In this document: positions 41,649-51,442 of the stretch, one piece after another
Numbering within the stretch: position 1 is the first letter of the stretch
Layout of the letters: every line of letters begins with the position of its first letter
Assembly: GCA_002361425.1 (NCBI GenBank)
Contig: DESW01000014.1
Coordinates: 376 to 64,375, forward strand
DNA from: Candidatus Saccharibacteria bacterium UBA3304
GTDB taxonomy: Bacteria; Patescibacteriota; Saccharimonadia; Saccharimonadales; Saccharimonadaceae
Reading direction: 5' to 3'
DNA length: 64,000 bases
The notes under the pieces: model-generated
Databases searched by the model: none
The model's input: the letters and a program-made list of their open reading frames with translations, nothing else
What the model was told of the DNA's origin: nothing
Position numbers and translations under genes: made by a program

Positions 41649-42245
41649 TTACGATTTTTCGCTGTCGCAAGCTGCTTCGCCAATAATCATCGAAAGATCA
41701 TCCAGCAATCTTGCTGGCGGCTTTGACTTCTTGGCGTCTTCTGCCTTTTCGGCGAATAACTCCAAGAAAAAGACTTTAGCGGCCTCCATGGTGCGGTTGC
41801 GAAAAGCAGTGGTAGCTTTTTTCGAACCTCTACGCAAATTGCAGCTCAGCAGTTCAAATTCATACCAATCAGCTCTCTCAAGCACGGCTGGTAGGATAAT
41901 ATTATCCTCAGTTCTTGCCTTTTTGTAAGGCATCCAAACTTTTTGGATAAAAGCATCTTTGCCGCCACAATCTTTTATGGTGTCATGCATGACACTCTTA
42001 TCTACCATAAAGACCGTACGGCAATCGAGCTGCTTGCCCTGATCGTCCTGCGTAGACTCTTCAGTGACTCGACATGGAGACAATAAGATTCTCGTAAGGT
42101 CATCTTTCTTGTCGTAGTCGAGATGCATGCTGGCTAGGCGGCCATCGCATGCTTCATCGAAGACTTCACGCAGACCTTTCTGATTGATGATCTTGCCTTT
42201 CACCTTGACCACGGTTCTGGAAACGAATAAAACTAAATCTGCCAT
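41649..42245 (-). CDS. Hypothetical protein inserted between rpsO and pnp
   Basis: ATG 42245 with AAGGAGG SD, promoter at 42346-42374 and terminator near 41586-41611. Confidence 0.7.
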   Translation of the reverse strand: MADLVLFVSRTVVKVKGKIINQKGLREVFDEACDGRLASMHLDYDKKDDLTRILLSPCRVTEESTQDDQGKQLDCRTVFMVDKSVMHDTIKDCGGKDAFIQKVWMPYKKARTEDNIILPAVLERADWYEFELLSCNLRRGSKKATTAFRNRTMEAAKVFFLELFAEKAEDAKKSKPPARLLDDLSMIIGEAACDSEKS

Positions 42246-42404
42246 AGATACCTCCTTCACTATTTTTTTCGGACGCTGTTCCGACTGTACTTTTGGCAGT
42301 ACTTGCCCCATTAAAAGAAAAAATCCCTTAAGAGGCACATCTATAATTATAGCACAACCGGAAAATTGCGTCAAGGTGTGGTATAATAAAGGTACAATTA
42401 ATTA

Positions 42405-42466
42405 TCGAGAAAATGATAGATATTTTCTCGCAAGTTATTGCGGTAGAATACTTATTATTTTCTCGA
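42405..42466 (+). promoter_or_regulatory. pnp 5' leader hairpin
   Basis: tcgagaaaatgata / tattattttctcga stem with cgcaa/ttgcg apex, abutting the SD. Confidence 0.6.
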
Positions 42467-42482
42467 GGAAAGGTAGTTTTTG

Positions 42483-44669
42483 ATGGATATCATCAACCCA
42501 AGCGGCAAGAAAACCTTCAAGCTTGAGACTGATTTTTGTGGTCGCAAACTCGGTCTTGAAGTAAACCGTGTCGGTTTTCGTACCACTTCATCCGTGCTTG
42601 TCACTTATGGCGATACCGTTGTTCTCGGTTCCGTCGTAGTCGGCACTAAGCCAGTAGTTCAGGATTTCTTCCCACTCTCTATTGATTACGAAGAAAAGTA
42701 CTACGCTTCTGGCAAAATTAGCAGCAGCAAATTCATTAAGCGCGAAGGTAAGCCTTCTGATAACGCAGTCCTCGTTGGCCGCCTTATTGACCGCCCAATT
42801 CGCCCACTATTTCCAAAGGGCTATCGCCAGGAAATCCAGGTCGTTACGACTGTGCTTTCCATGGATCCAAGCTTCCGCCCAGATGTAATCGCAATGATTG
42901 CTGCATCTAGCGCACTTATGCTCGCTGGCGTTCCGTTTGACGGTCCTATCGCCGGTCTCCGCATCGGCCGTGTCAATGGTGAATATAAGGCATTCTTGAG
43001 CCCAGAAGAGCGCGAAGCATCTAATCTCGACCTCGTCGTTGCAGGTAAAGATTCTGGCATTACCATGGTTGAAGCTGGTGCAAACGAAGTCCCAGAAGAC
43101 GTCATTGTTGGCGGTCTCGAATGGGGTCTCAAGATGATTCAGCCTGCTATCGCCCTTCAGAATGAACTTCGCGAGAAGGTTGGCGTAGAAGAGAAGGAAT
43201 ATACCCTCATTCTCCCATCCGAAGAAGCTCAGGCGAAGGTTGATAAGTGGATGGAAGGCAAGCTTGGCCCAGAACTCCGCACTCAGAATACCATTGAGCG
43301 CAACAATCTTATTGATGAAATTCGCTGGGCAATGCACGATGAATTCTCTCAGGAAGTCACCGACGAAGAAGCTGGCATCACCGACAAGATGACTGACGAG
43401 GAGAAGACCAATGCTCGCACTCATTACTATGACGAGCACTTCCGCGCAGAATACAACGACGCATTCGAACTCGCTGTTAAGCATGATGTTCGCAAACATA
43501 TTATCGAAGACGGCATCCGCCCAGATGGCCGCAAGCTTGACGAGGTTCGCCCACTCAGCTCTCAGGTTGGCATTTTGCCACGCTGCCATGGCTCTAGCCT
43601 CTTTACTCGTGGTGTTACTCAGGCTATGAATATCGTCACTTTGGCTCCACTTAGCTACGCTCAGCTCGTAGATACAATGGAAGTCACCGATGGTACTCGT
43701 CGCTATATGCATCACTACAACGCACCTGGCTATACGGTTGGTGAAATTTCTCGCCTTGGTAGCCCAGGTCGCCGCGAAGTTGGTCACGGTTACCTCGCAG
43801 AGCGCGCGCTTCTTCCAGTTCTTCCAACTGAAGAAGAATTTCCATACGCAATCCGCAGCGTCACCGAGATTATGTCTCAGAACGGTTCTACTTCTATGGC
43901 TGCAACTTGTAGCTCTTGTCTCGCCCTCATGGACGCAGGTGTTCCACTCAAGCGCCCAGTCTCCGGTGTCGCTATGGGCCTTATGATGGATGGCGATACG
44001 CCATATGTCCTCACTGACCTTATGGATGCAGAAGACTTTGCTGGTGATATGGACTTCAAGGTTACCGGTACTACCGAAGGTGTTACCGCACTTCAAATGG
44101 ATATGAAAGTTCATGGTCTTCCGGTTGAAGTTCTCCGCAAGGCAATCGCTCAGGCTCATGAAGGCCGCATGTTCATCTTGAACCATATGCTTAGCGTCCT
44201 TCCTGGTCCACGTGATCATCTCAGCCCATATGCTCCTCAGATCGAGAAGCTCATGGTTAACCCAGATAAGATCGGTACCATTATCGGTAAAGGCGGTGAG
44301 ACTATTAACAAGATTACTTCCGAGACCGGCGCAGAGGTCAATATTGAAGAGAATGGTCTCGTCACTGTTGCTGCAAGCGACGCAGAGAAGATTAAGAAAG
44401 CTATGGACTGGATTAAATCTCTCATTGAAGAGCCAGAACCAGGCAAGATTTACAAAGGTAAAGTCGTCTCAATTAAAGACTTCGGTGCTTTCGTAAATAT
44501 TCTTCCAGGCATTGACGGTATGCTTCACATCTCTCAGATTTCCGACAAGCGCATCGAGAAGGTCACTGACGTGCTCACTGTTGGCGACGAAATCAAGGTT
44601 CGCCTTGACGCAATCGACGACAAAGGACGCCTCAGCCTCTCTATGAAAAACGTCGATCAAAAAGACTAA
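42483..44669 (+). CDS. pnp: Polyribonucleotide nucleotidyltransferase
   Basis: DFFPLSIDY, RLIDRPIRPLF, RREVGHG, GDMDFKV, KH and S1 domains. Confidence 0.97.
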   Translation: MDIINPSGKKTFKLETDFCGRKLGLEVNRVGFRTTSSVLVTYGDTVVLGSVVVGTKPVVQDFFPLSIDYEEKYYASGKISSSKFIKREGKPSDNAVLVGRLIDRPIRPLFPKGYRQEIQVVTTVLSMDPSFRPDVIAMIAASSALMLAGVPFDGPIAGLRIGRVNGEYKAFLSPEEREASNLDLVVAGKDSGITMVEAGANEVPEDVIVGGLEWGLKMIQPAIALQNELREKVGVEEKEYTLILPSEEAQAKVDKWMEGKLGPELRTQNTIERNNLIDEIRWAMHDEFSQEVTDEEAGITDKMTDEEKTNARTHYYDEHFRAEYNDAFELAVKHDVRKHIIEDGIRPDGRKLDEVRPLSSQVGILPRCHGSSLFTRGVTQAMNIVTLAPLSYAQLVDTMEVTDGTRRYMHHYNAPGYTVGEISRLGSPGRREVGHGYLAERALLPVLPTEEEFPYAIRSVTEIMSQNGSTSMAATCSSCLALMDAGVPLKRPVSGVAMGLMMDGDTPYVLTDLMDAEDFAGDMDFKVTGTTEGVTALQMDMKVHGLPVEVLRKAIAQAHEGRMFILNHMLSVLPGPRDHLSPYAPQIEKLMVNPDKIGTIIGKGGETINKITSETGAEVNIEENGLVTVAASDAEKIKKAMDWIKSLIEEPEPGKIYKGKVVSIKDFGAFVNILPGIDGMLHISQISDKRIEKVTDVLTVGDEIKVRLDAIDDKGRLSLSMKNVDQKD

Positions 44670-44775
44670 TAGAGAAAAAGCATAATCATTTAAAATATCT
44701 AGGATAATATTGTATTGTCCTAGATATTTTTGTGATATCATTATGTTAAATATAACTTAAAGGAGAATAGTTATC

Positions 44776-45462
44776 ATGGCAACTCAACCAGTGGTTGATC
44801 CTGTCAAAATGCCTAAAGTACAGGCAGACAACAAAGTAATCGCAACTGTAAATGCTGTCAGCATGACTCTCGCAACCTTCATGGGTTGGATGACCATCTG
44901 GGCAGCAATTGCAAGCTTCACTAAAAAAGGTTGGGGTGTTGGCATTCCATTTGCAGGCCTTCTTCTTGGCGCAAACGCTAGCTACCTCGGCACCATCTTT
45001 GCTTGCGGCCTCTTGACTGTTTTGTTTGCAGTCATTGGTCTTATTACCGCTCGCAAGATCACTGATATCAACGCAATGAAGAGCTCTTGGAAGTGCGTAC
45101 GCAACCTCTTCGTAGTCATCGCTGGCCTCGAAGTTTTCAAGATGATCGGTCTCGCTATCTACGCCCTCATGGGTGTTGGCGAAAAGTCCGGTGTTGAACA
45201 GGGTTATCTCTGGCTCAACGGCTTCCTATCAAACACTCTTGCAGCCGCAGCAGCAGTTGCAATCGTCTTCATCGCTAACGCTATCGCAGCTGGCAAGACT
45301 CAGGTTCTCAGCATCATGCGCTTCATCGCTCTTGGTGTTGCATCCGTTGCTCTTATCATTGCAGTAGTCTCCACCCTCGTTGGCTTCTACAGCAAGAAGA
45401 GCTCCAGTAGCTACAGTGACGCTATGGACAGCGTTAACACTTGGCTCGATCTTCTTAAATAA
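44776..45462 (+). CDS. Multi-pass membrane hypothetical protein
   Basis: About 5 TM segments, AAGGAG SD and downstream terminator. Confidence 0.75.
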   Translation: MATQPVVDPVKMPKVQADNKVIATVNAVSMTLATFMGWMTIWAAIASFTKKGWGVGIPFAGLLLGANASYLGTIFACGLLTVLFAVIGLITARKITDINAMKSSWKCVRNLFVVIAGLEVFKMIGLAIYALMGVGEKSGVEQGYLWLNGFLSNTLAAAAAVAIVFIANAIAAGKTQVLSIMRFIALGVASVALIIAVVSTLVGFYSKKSSSSYSDAMDSVNTWLDLLK

Positions 45463-45529
45463 GACAGCTTAAGATAATGAAAAGAGAAGCGCATATGCTT
45501 CTCTTTTTTTATGCTATAATTTTAGGTAT

Positions 45530-47755
45530 ATGGCACAGAAAAAGCGAGGTAGAAAACGCAAGTCCGCCAAAGAAGAAGTACCGAAGCATGAGCTTCCGGG
45601 TGGTTTTTGGCGTCAGGCACTTGCTATCTTATTCTTAGTATTTGCAGTTACTTTTGTTGCAATGTGGTTTGGCGCTGGTAAGAACGCCGTCTTCTTGCAA
45701 ATGGTAAAAGATTCCTGCGATCAAGTCTTCGGTCTAACTACTTATTTGTTCCCATTTGTCTTGGTGTATATTGCCGTCATGATTTTCCGCGCGCCAAACA
45801 ACCGTCTCGATGCTAGCGTTTGGGTTGCATCCGGCCTGATGGTTTTCTGGTTCTGCGGCCTTCTCGGTGTTGGCAGTTATGGTACGCCAAATAATACCGG
45901 CGGCGTAATCGGTAAAATCATGAATGACTTTGCTGTAAAGAACCTCGGCAGCGGCGTCTCAATCATGGCTTATATTGTTTTGATTCTTATCACAGCGCTC
46001 TTTATGTATGCTGAAACTCCGCTCGCACTTTTCCGCAAGATTGCTTCTATCTTCAAAACAAGCAAAGACGGCGAAGATGCTGAGAATGCACGCGTCATGC
46101 GCAAGATTAAGGAAGAAAAAGCTCCAAAAGAGGATATGTCTGACCTTAAGATTGTCGCTAACGTTGAAACCGTCGACCATAAAAAGAACCGTGATTTGCC
46201 ATTACTAAAGAAGAACGAAATGGCAGAGGTTAAAACTACCGAAGAGCCAATGGCGCTCGTTGCTGTTTCTGATCCAAACTGGAAGATGCCTCCAATGGAC
46301 TTGCTCAACCGCAAGACTACGCCGGCCGACCCAGGCGATACCGAGGCTAACGCTCGCATTATTAAGGAAACGCTTGCACAGTTCGATATCGACGTAACCG
46401 TCGAGGGTGCAAACCTTGGTCCACGTATTACGCAGTATACGCTTCGCCCGCCTGCAGGTATTCGCGTTAACAAGCTTCTTCAGTATGATAAGAACCTCGC
46501 GATGGCGCTCGCTGCCGATAAGATTCGTATTGAGGCCCCAATTCCACGCACTAACATGGTCGGTATTGAAGTTCCGAACATTACGCCAGCTAGCGTCGGT
46601 CTTCACGAGCTTCTTCGTGCAACCGAATGGCGCAAGATGGCCAGTGAAAAGCCACTCGCCTTTACCGTCGGTAAAGATATTGCTGGCCAGGTAGTTGTTG
46701 GCGATCTCGCAAAGATGCCTCACCTTCTCATTGCTGGTACTACCGGTTCCGGTAAGTCCGTCATGACTAACGTTTTGATTAGCTCTTTGCTTTACCATAA
46801 CTCGCCAAGCGATCTTAAGCTTATCATCGTCGATCCAAAGCAGGTTGAAATGGCAGCCTATGAGGACATTCCTCATCTTTTGACGCCAGTTATTAACTCT
46901 ACCGATAAGGCGCTGAGTGCAATGAAGTGGGCAGTTGGCGAAATGGAAAAACGCTATACTCTCATGAGCAAAGAACGCGTTAAGAATATTATCGATTACA
47001 ATACAAAGATGTCTGAGCAGGGCGGCACCGTCATGATTGAAGACGAAGATGGCAATCCTCAGGAACATAATCAGGGCAAGATGCCATATATTGTCGTTAT
47101 CGTTGATGAGATGGCTGACCTTATGATGACTGCCGGCAAGGAGCTCGAAATGCTCATCGTCCGTATCGCGCAGAAAGGTCGTGCTGCAGGTATCCACCTT
47201 GTTCTTGCAACTCAGCGTCCAGAAGTTAAGGTCGTTACTGGTTTGATTAAAGCGAACATTCCGGGCCGTATCGCCTTCGCCGTAAATAACGGCGTCGACT
47301 CTCGCGTTATGCTTGATGCGATGGGCGCAGAAAAGCTTCTTGGCTCTGGCGATATGTTATTCCTCACTACCGAAATGATGGGCAAGCCTCGTCGTGTTCA
47401 GGGTGCCTTTGTTAGCGATAAAGAAATTGGTAAGATTACCGACTTCTTGCGTCAGCAGGCTCCACCACAGTATAACGACGAAGTTATCTCTCAGCAGGTT
47501 TCCGTTCCTGGTATGCCAGGTGCTGGCGGCAGCATGGGTGGCGGCGGTGGCGACGTTGAACGCCAAGCAGCCGAGATTGCAATCCGCGCCGGCAAACTTT
47601 CTACTTCGCTTTTGCAACGTCAGCTTCATATTGGCTATGGCCGTGCTGCATCGATCATCGATGAGCTTGAGGCGAAAGGTGTAGTCGGTCCATCGACTGG
47701 CGGCAATAAGCCACGCGATGTCTTAATCACGTCTATCGATGAATATCCTGGATAG
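45530..47755 (+). CDS. ftsK: DNA translocase FtsK/SpoIIIE
   Basis: 4TM N-terminus, PHLLIAGTTGSGKS, VDEMADLM, ATQRP and gamma domain. Confidence 0.96.
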   Translation: MAQKKRGRKRKSAKEEVPKHELPGGFWRQALAILFLVFAVTFVAMWFGAGKNAVFLQMVKDSCDQVFGLTTYLFPFVLVYIAVMIFRAPNNRLDASVWVASGLMVFWFCGLLGVGSYGTPNNTGGVIGKIMNDFAVKNLGSGVSIMAYIVLILITALFMYAETPLALFRKIASIFKTSKDGEDAENARVMRKIKEEKAPKEDMSDLKIVANVETVDHKKNRDLPLLKKNEMAEVKTTEEPMALVAVSDPNWKMPPMDLLNRKTTPADPGDTEANARIIKETLAQFDIDVTVEGANLGPRITQYTLRPPAGIRVNKLLQYDKNLAMALAADKIRIEAPIPRTNMVGIEVPNITPASVGLHELLRATEWRKMASEKPLAFTVGKDIAGQVVVGDLAKMPHLLIAGTTGSGKSVMTNVLISSLLYHNSPSDLKLIIVDPKQVEMAAYEDIPHLLTPVINSTDKALSAMKWAVGEMEKRYTLMSKERVKNIIDYNTKMSEQGGTVMIEDEDGNPQEHNQGKMPYIVVIVDEMADLMMTAGKELEMLIVRIAQKGRAAGIHLVLATQRPEVKVVTGLIKANIPGRIAFAVNNGVDSRVMLDAMGAEKLLGSGDMLFLTTEMMGKPRRVQGAFVSDKEIGKITDFLRQQAPPQYNDEVISQQVSVPGMPGAGGSMGGGGGDVERQAAEIAIRAGKLSTSLLQRQLHIGYGRAASIIDELEAKGVVGPSTGGNKPRDVLITSIDEYPG

Positions 47756-47772
47756 TATGCTATACTATCAAT

Positions 47773-49005
47773 ATGAAATTAAGTCAAACATTCGCAAAAA
47801 CTACCAAGACAGCTCCTGGCGATGAGGCCAGCGAGAGCGCAAAACTTTTGATTCGTGCTGGTTATATCTACAAAGAGATGGCTGGCGTTTATGATTATTT
47901 GCCCTTGGGTATGCGAACGCTTGATAAGATTATGCAGGTTATTCGCGAGGAAATGGATGCTATTGGCGGCCAAGAACTCAAGATGACTGCCTTGCAGCCA
48001 CGCGATGCTTGGGAAGCTAGTGGCCGTTGGAGCGACGACGTTATGGATGTTTGGTTTAAGACTAAACTTAACGCCGGCGGCGAAGTTGGTCTCGGTTGTA
48101 CTCACGAAGAGCCACTTACTCGTCTTATGAAGTCCTATATTTCTAGCTATAAAGATTTGCCGGTCTACGCATATCAGTTCCAGACTAAGTTCCGCAATGA
48201 GCTTCGTGCTAAATCCGGTATTATGCGTACCCGCGAATTTATGATGAAAGATCTTTACAGCTTTTCTCGCGACCGCGCTCAGCATGAAGAGTTCTATGAG
48301 AAATGCGCAGAGAGCTACAAGAAAATCTTTAACCGCCTCGGCATCGGCAACGATACTTTCCGTACCTTCGCAAGCGGCGGCGCCTTCAGTAAGTATTCTG
48401 ACGAATTCCAGACTTTGACGGAAGTTGGTGAAGATATCATCTATCTTGATCGCGAAAAGGGCATTGCAGTTAATGAAGAGGTCTATAACGACGAAGTACT
48501 TGCTGATCTCGGCCTTGATAAGTCTAAGCTCGAGCAGTGCAAAGCAGCAGAAGTTGGCAATATCTTTACGCTCGGCTATCGCTTCAGTGACGCGCTCGAC
48601 CTTACCTTTAATGACGAAGACGGCAAACGCCAGAAAGTCTTTATGGGTAGCTACGGTATCGGTCCTAGCCGCGTCATGGGCGTAATCGCAGAGAAACTTA
48701 GCGATGATAAAGGTCTCGTTTGGCCAGAAGAAATCGCTCCATATCAGTACTATGTCGTCGCCATTGGCGACAAAGCAATGGAAATTGCAGAAGATCTGCA
48801 CAAGAAAGCACCTGAACAAATTATCTTCGACGATCGCAAGAATGCGCGCAACGGCGAGAAATTTGCTGACGCTGACTTGCTTGGTATTCCATATCGCATC
48901 GTAATTAGCGATAAAACTCTTGCAGAGGACAAGGTTGAAATTAAAAAACGTACCGAATCTGAAACAAAACTCTTGCCATTAGCAGATTTTATTGCTAAAC
49001 TATAG
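47773..49005 (+). CDS. proS: Proline--tRNA ligase (short, no INS editing domain)
   Basis: THEE, FRNELRAKSGIMRTREF and MGSYGIG motifs; anticodon-binding domain. Confidence 0.93.
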   Translation: MKLSQTFAKTTKTAPGDEASESAKLLIRAGYIYKEMAGVYDYLPLGMRTLDKIMQVIREEMDAIGGQELKMTALQPRDAWEASGRWSDDVMDVWFKTKLNAGGEVGLGCTHEEPLTRLMKSYISSYKDLPVYAYQFQTKFRNELRAKSGIMRTREFMMKDLYSFSRDRAQHEEFYEKCAESYKKIFNRLGIGNDTFRTFASGGAFSKYSDEFQTLTEVGEDIIYLDREKGIAVNEEVYNDEVLADLGLDKSKLEQCKAAEVGNIFTLGYRFSDALDLTFNDEDGKRQKVFMGSYGIGPSRVMGVIAEKLSDDKGLVWPEEIAPYQYYVVAIGDKAMEIAEDLHKKAPEQIIFDDRKNARNGEKFADADLLGIPYRIVISDKTLAEDKVEIKKRTESETKLLPLADFIAKL

Positions 49006-49060
49006 CGGAAGTAACAGTAAATTTTCCTATTTTTCTGGGGTACAGGAGGAAACAAACATT

Positions 49061-49507
49061 ATGGCTAACGTAGTTAATATTACCGCTGCCGGTCGTAAAG
49101 ATCTTGAGAAAGAGCTCGAAGAGCTTAAGGCTCGCCGTCCTGAATTGGCGGAAAAAATCGCTACCGCCCGTTCTTATGGTGATCTTAGTGAAAACGAAGA
49201 TTATTCCGCAGCTCGTGGCGAACAGAAAGTCGTCGAAGGCCGTATTCTTGAAATCGAAGATATCCTCCTTCATGCAAAGATTATTAAAGCTGGCAAAAAG
49301 GAAAAAGTTGCTATGGGTTCGACCGTTACGCTCGAATCTGACGGCAAGAAAAACACTTATACGCTCGTTGGTGCCGTCGAGGCAAACCCACTCGAAGGTA
49401 AAATCAGCAATGAGTCTCCAATTGGCGTAGCAATATTTGGTAAAAAAGTTGGTGAGGAAGTTAAGCTTCCAAACGGAAAGACATTCAAAGTCACCGATAT
49501 TCAGTAA
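49061..49507 (+). CDS. greA: Transcription elongation factor GreA
   Basis: GDLSENEDYSAAR and ISNESPIG motifs; AGGAGG SD. Confidence 0.95.
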   Translation: MANVVNITAAGRKDLEKELEELKARRPELAEKIATARSYGDLSENEDYSAARGEQKVVEGRILEIEDILLHAKIIKAGKKEKVAMGSTVTLESDGKKNTYTLVGAVEANPLEGKISNESPIGVAIFGKKVGEEVKLPNGKTFKVTDIQ

Positions 49508-49594
49508 GCAACTCACTAAAGTTAATTAACAGAATACGCTAACAAAAAATTAGCGTATTTTTGTGTCAAAAAATCAAAAGAGAGGTGAAAATCT

Positions 49595-51391
49595 ATGACA
49601 ACAAGATCGAAAGAGGATCGTAGACGCGTTTCGCGTCGTACGCTTCACTACTTTTGGGAAGCTTCGAAGAAATACAAGCTTCTCGCAATTGGTACCTTAC
49701 TATCCACGCCTATTGTCGTTGTTGTTCGTACTGCAATTATTCCGCTCGTTTTCGCAAACATGATTGATAAAATTTCGAGTGGGATTCCGAATGACCAGAT
49801 TATTCCGACGCTTTTGCCTAGCGCAATCATGTTGATTGTTTGCCATATTATTGGCTCAATTATTCTTGGTTGGCTCCGCATTCGTTGGCTCTGGATCTTC
49901 GAATTGAAAGTTATGTATGAACTCGCGACAAGAAGCTTCAATACGGTTAGTGCGCAGTCGATGCAGTTCCACAGCGACCGTTTTTCTGGTTCACTCGTGT
50001 CGCAGACTAACAAGTTTATCGGAGCATTCGAAAGATTCTTCGATCTTTTAACCTTCGATATTCTTTACTTACTAATCATGATCGTTTCGACGACTTGCGT
50101 TCTTCTTACGCGCGCTCCGCTATTCGCACTTGGGCTACTTATCTTCATTGTCCTCTATGTGCTTTGCGCGGCAGTAACCTTTAAGAAAATCTCGCATTTG
50201 AGTCGTGAATGGGCAGAGGCCGACAACAAACAGACTGGCCAGCTCGCCGATTCAATTTCGAACATTCTTTCGGTTAAGTCTTATGGTCGTGAGGCGCATG
50301 AGCGTCATCGTTATGCAAACTTCACGCGCGCAACGATGAATGCGGGCTTTGCGCAGATGCGCGGTCAAATGAAGCGCGATATGGGCTTCAACATTGTGAA
50401 CACCGGCATTATCGCAATCATTACGCTATTCTTGATTATCGGTCAGCCAGTCTTCGGTCTTGCGATTTCTACGCTCATTCTCATCGTTAACTACTCGATG
50501 CAGATTATGGGCGAGCTCTGGAACGTGAATAATATCTTCAAGGGCATAAACCGCGTCTTTGGCGATGCTTATGAAATGACTGAAATTCTCGATATGGAAG
50601 ATGCTGTCGTTGACATTCCTGGCGCTAAGCCACTCGAGGTAAAACGCGGCGCAATCAGCTACGAGAATGTCGAATTCAAGCATCATGATGCAAAAGAAGC
50701 GATCTTTACCGATTTCAACTTGGATATTAAACCAGGTGAGCGCATTGGTTTGGTCGGTATTTCCGGCTCCGGCAAGACTACTCTGACAAAACTGTTACTT
50801 CGCTTCGCTGACGTAGACAACGGGCAAATCACAATTGATGGCCAGAACATTAAGAACGTTCAGCAAGTATCGCTCAGAGAAAGCATTGCCTATGTGCCAC
50901 AGGAAACATCACTCTTCCATCGTTCAATCGCAGAAAACATTGCCTATGCGAAACCTGATGCAACGCAGAAAGAAATTGAACGCGCTGCTAAGCTTGCAAA
51001 CGCGCATGACTTCATTAAAGATTTGCCAGACGGCTATGAAACGCTCGTTGGTGAGCGCGGCATCAAACTTTCTGGCGGTCAGCGTCAGCGCATTGCGATT
51101 GCACGCGCAATTCTGAAAGACGCTCCAATTCTCGTGCTTGATGAGGCGACTTCCGCACTCGATTCCGAGTCCGAAGCGCTCATTCAGGATGCTCTCGTAA
51201 AGCTCATGAAGGGCCGCACTAGTATCGTAGTTGCACATCGTCTTTCGACGATTGCAAGCCTTGACCGTATTATCGTCCTCGATAATGGCAAAATCGTTGA
51301 GCAGGGTACTCACGCACAGCTATTGAAGAACGGCGGCGAATACAACAAACTTTGGTCGCGTCAGTCAGGGGCCTTCCTTGATGGCGACTAA
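49595..51391 (+). CDS. ABC transporter permease/ATP-binding fusion (exporter)
   Basis: TM domain plus GISGSGKTT, LSGGQRQR and LDEATSALD. Confidence 0.93.
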   Translation: MTTRSKEDRRRVSRRTLHYFWEASKKYKLLAIGTLLSTPIVVVVRTAIIPLVFANMIDKISSGIPNDQIIPTLLPSAIMLIVCHIIGSIILGWLRIRWLWIFELKVMYELATRSFNTVSAQSMQFHSDRFSGSLVSQTNKFIGAFERFFDLLTFDILYLLIMIVSTTCVLLTRAPLFALGLLIFIVLYVLCAAVTFKKISHLSREWAEADNKQTGQLADSISNILSVKSYGREAHERHRYANFTRATMNAGFAQMRGQMKRDMGFNIVNTGIIAIITLFLIIGQPVFGLAISTLILIVNYSMQIMGELWNVNNIFKGINRVFGDAYEMTEILDMEDAVVDIPGAKPLEVKRGAISYENVEFKHHDAKEAIFTDFNLDIKPGERIGLVGISGSGKTTLTKLLLRFADVDNGQITIDGQNIKNVQQVSLRESIAYVPQETSLFHRSIAENIAYAKPDATQKEIERAAKLANAHDFIKDLPDGYETLVGERGIKLSGGQRQRIAIARAILKDAPILVLDEATSALDSESEALIQDALVKLMKGRTSIVVAHRLSTIASLDRIIVLDNGKIVEQGTHAQLLKNGGEYNKLWSRQSGAFLDGD

Positions 51392-51442
51392 GCATAAACA
51401 GCGGGCTCGAATGTCCGCTGTTTTTATGGTATAATATCAGAT

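Noticed and set aside
42807..44219. 470-aa antisense ORF over pnp
   Set aside because: Shadow ORF caused by avoidance of TTA/CTA/TCA codons in a highly expressed gene.
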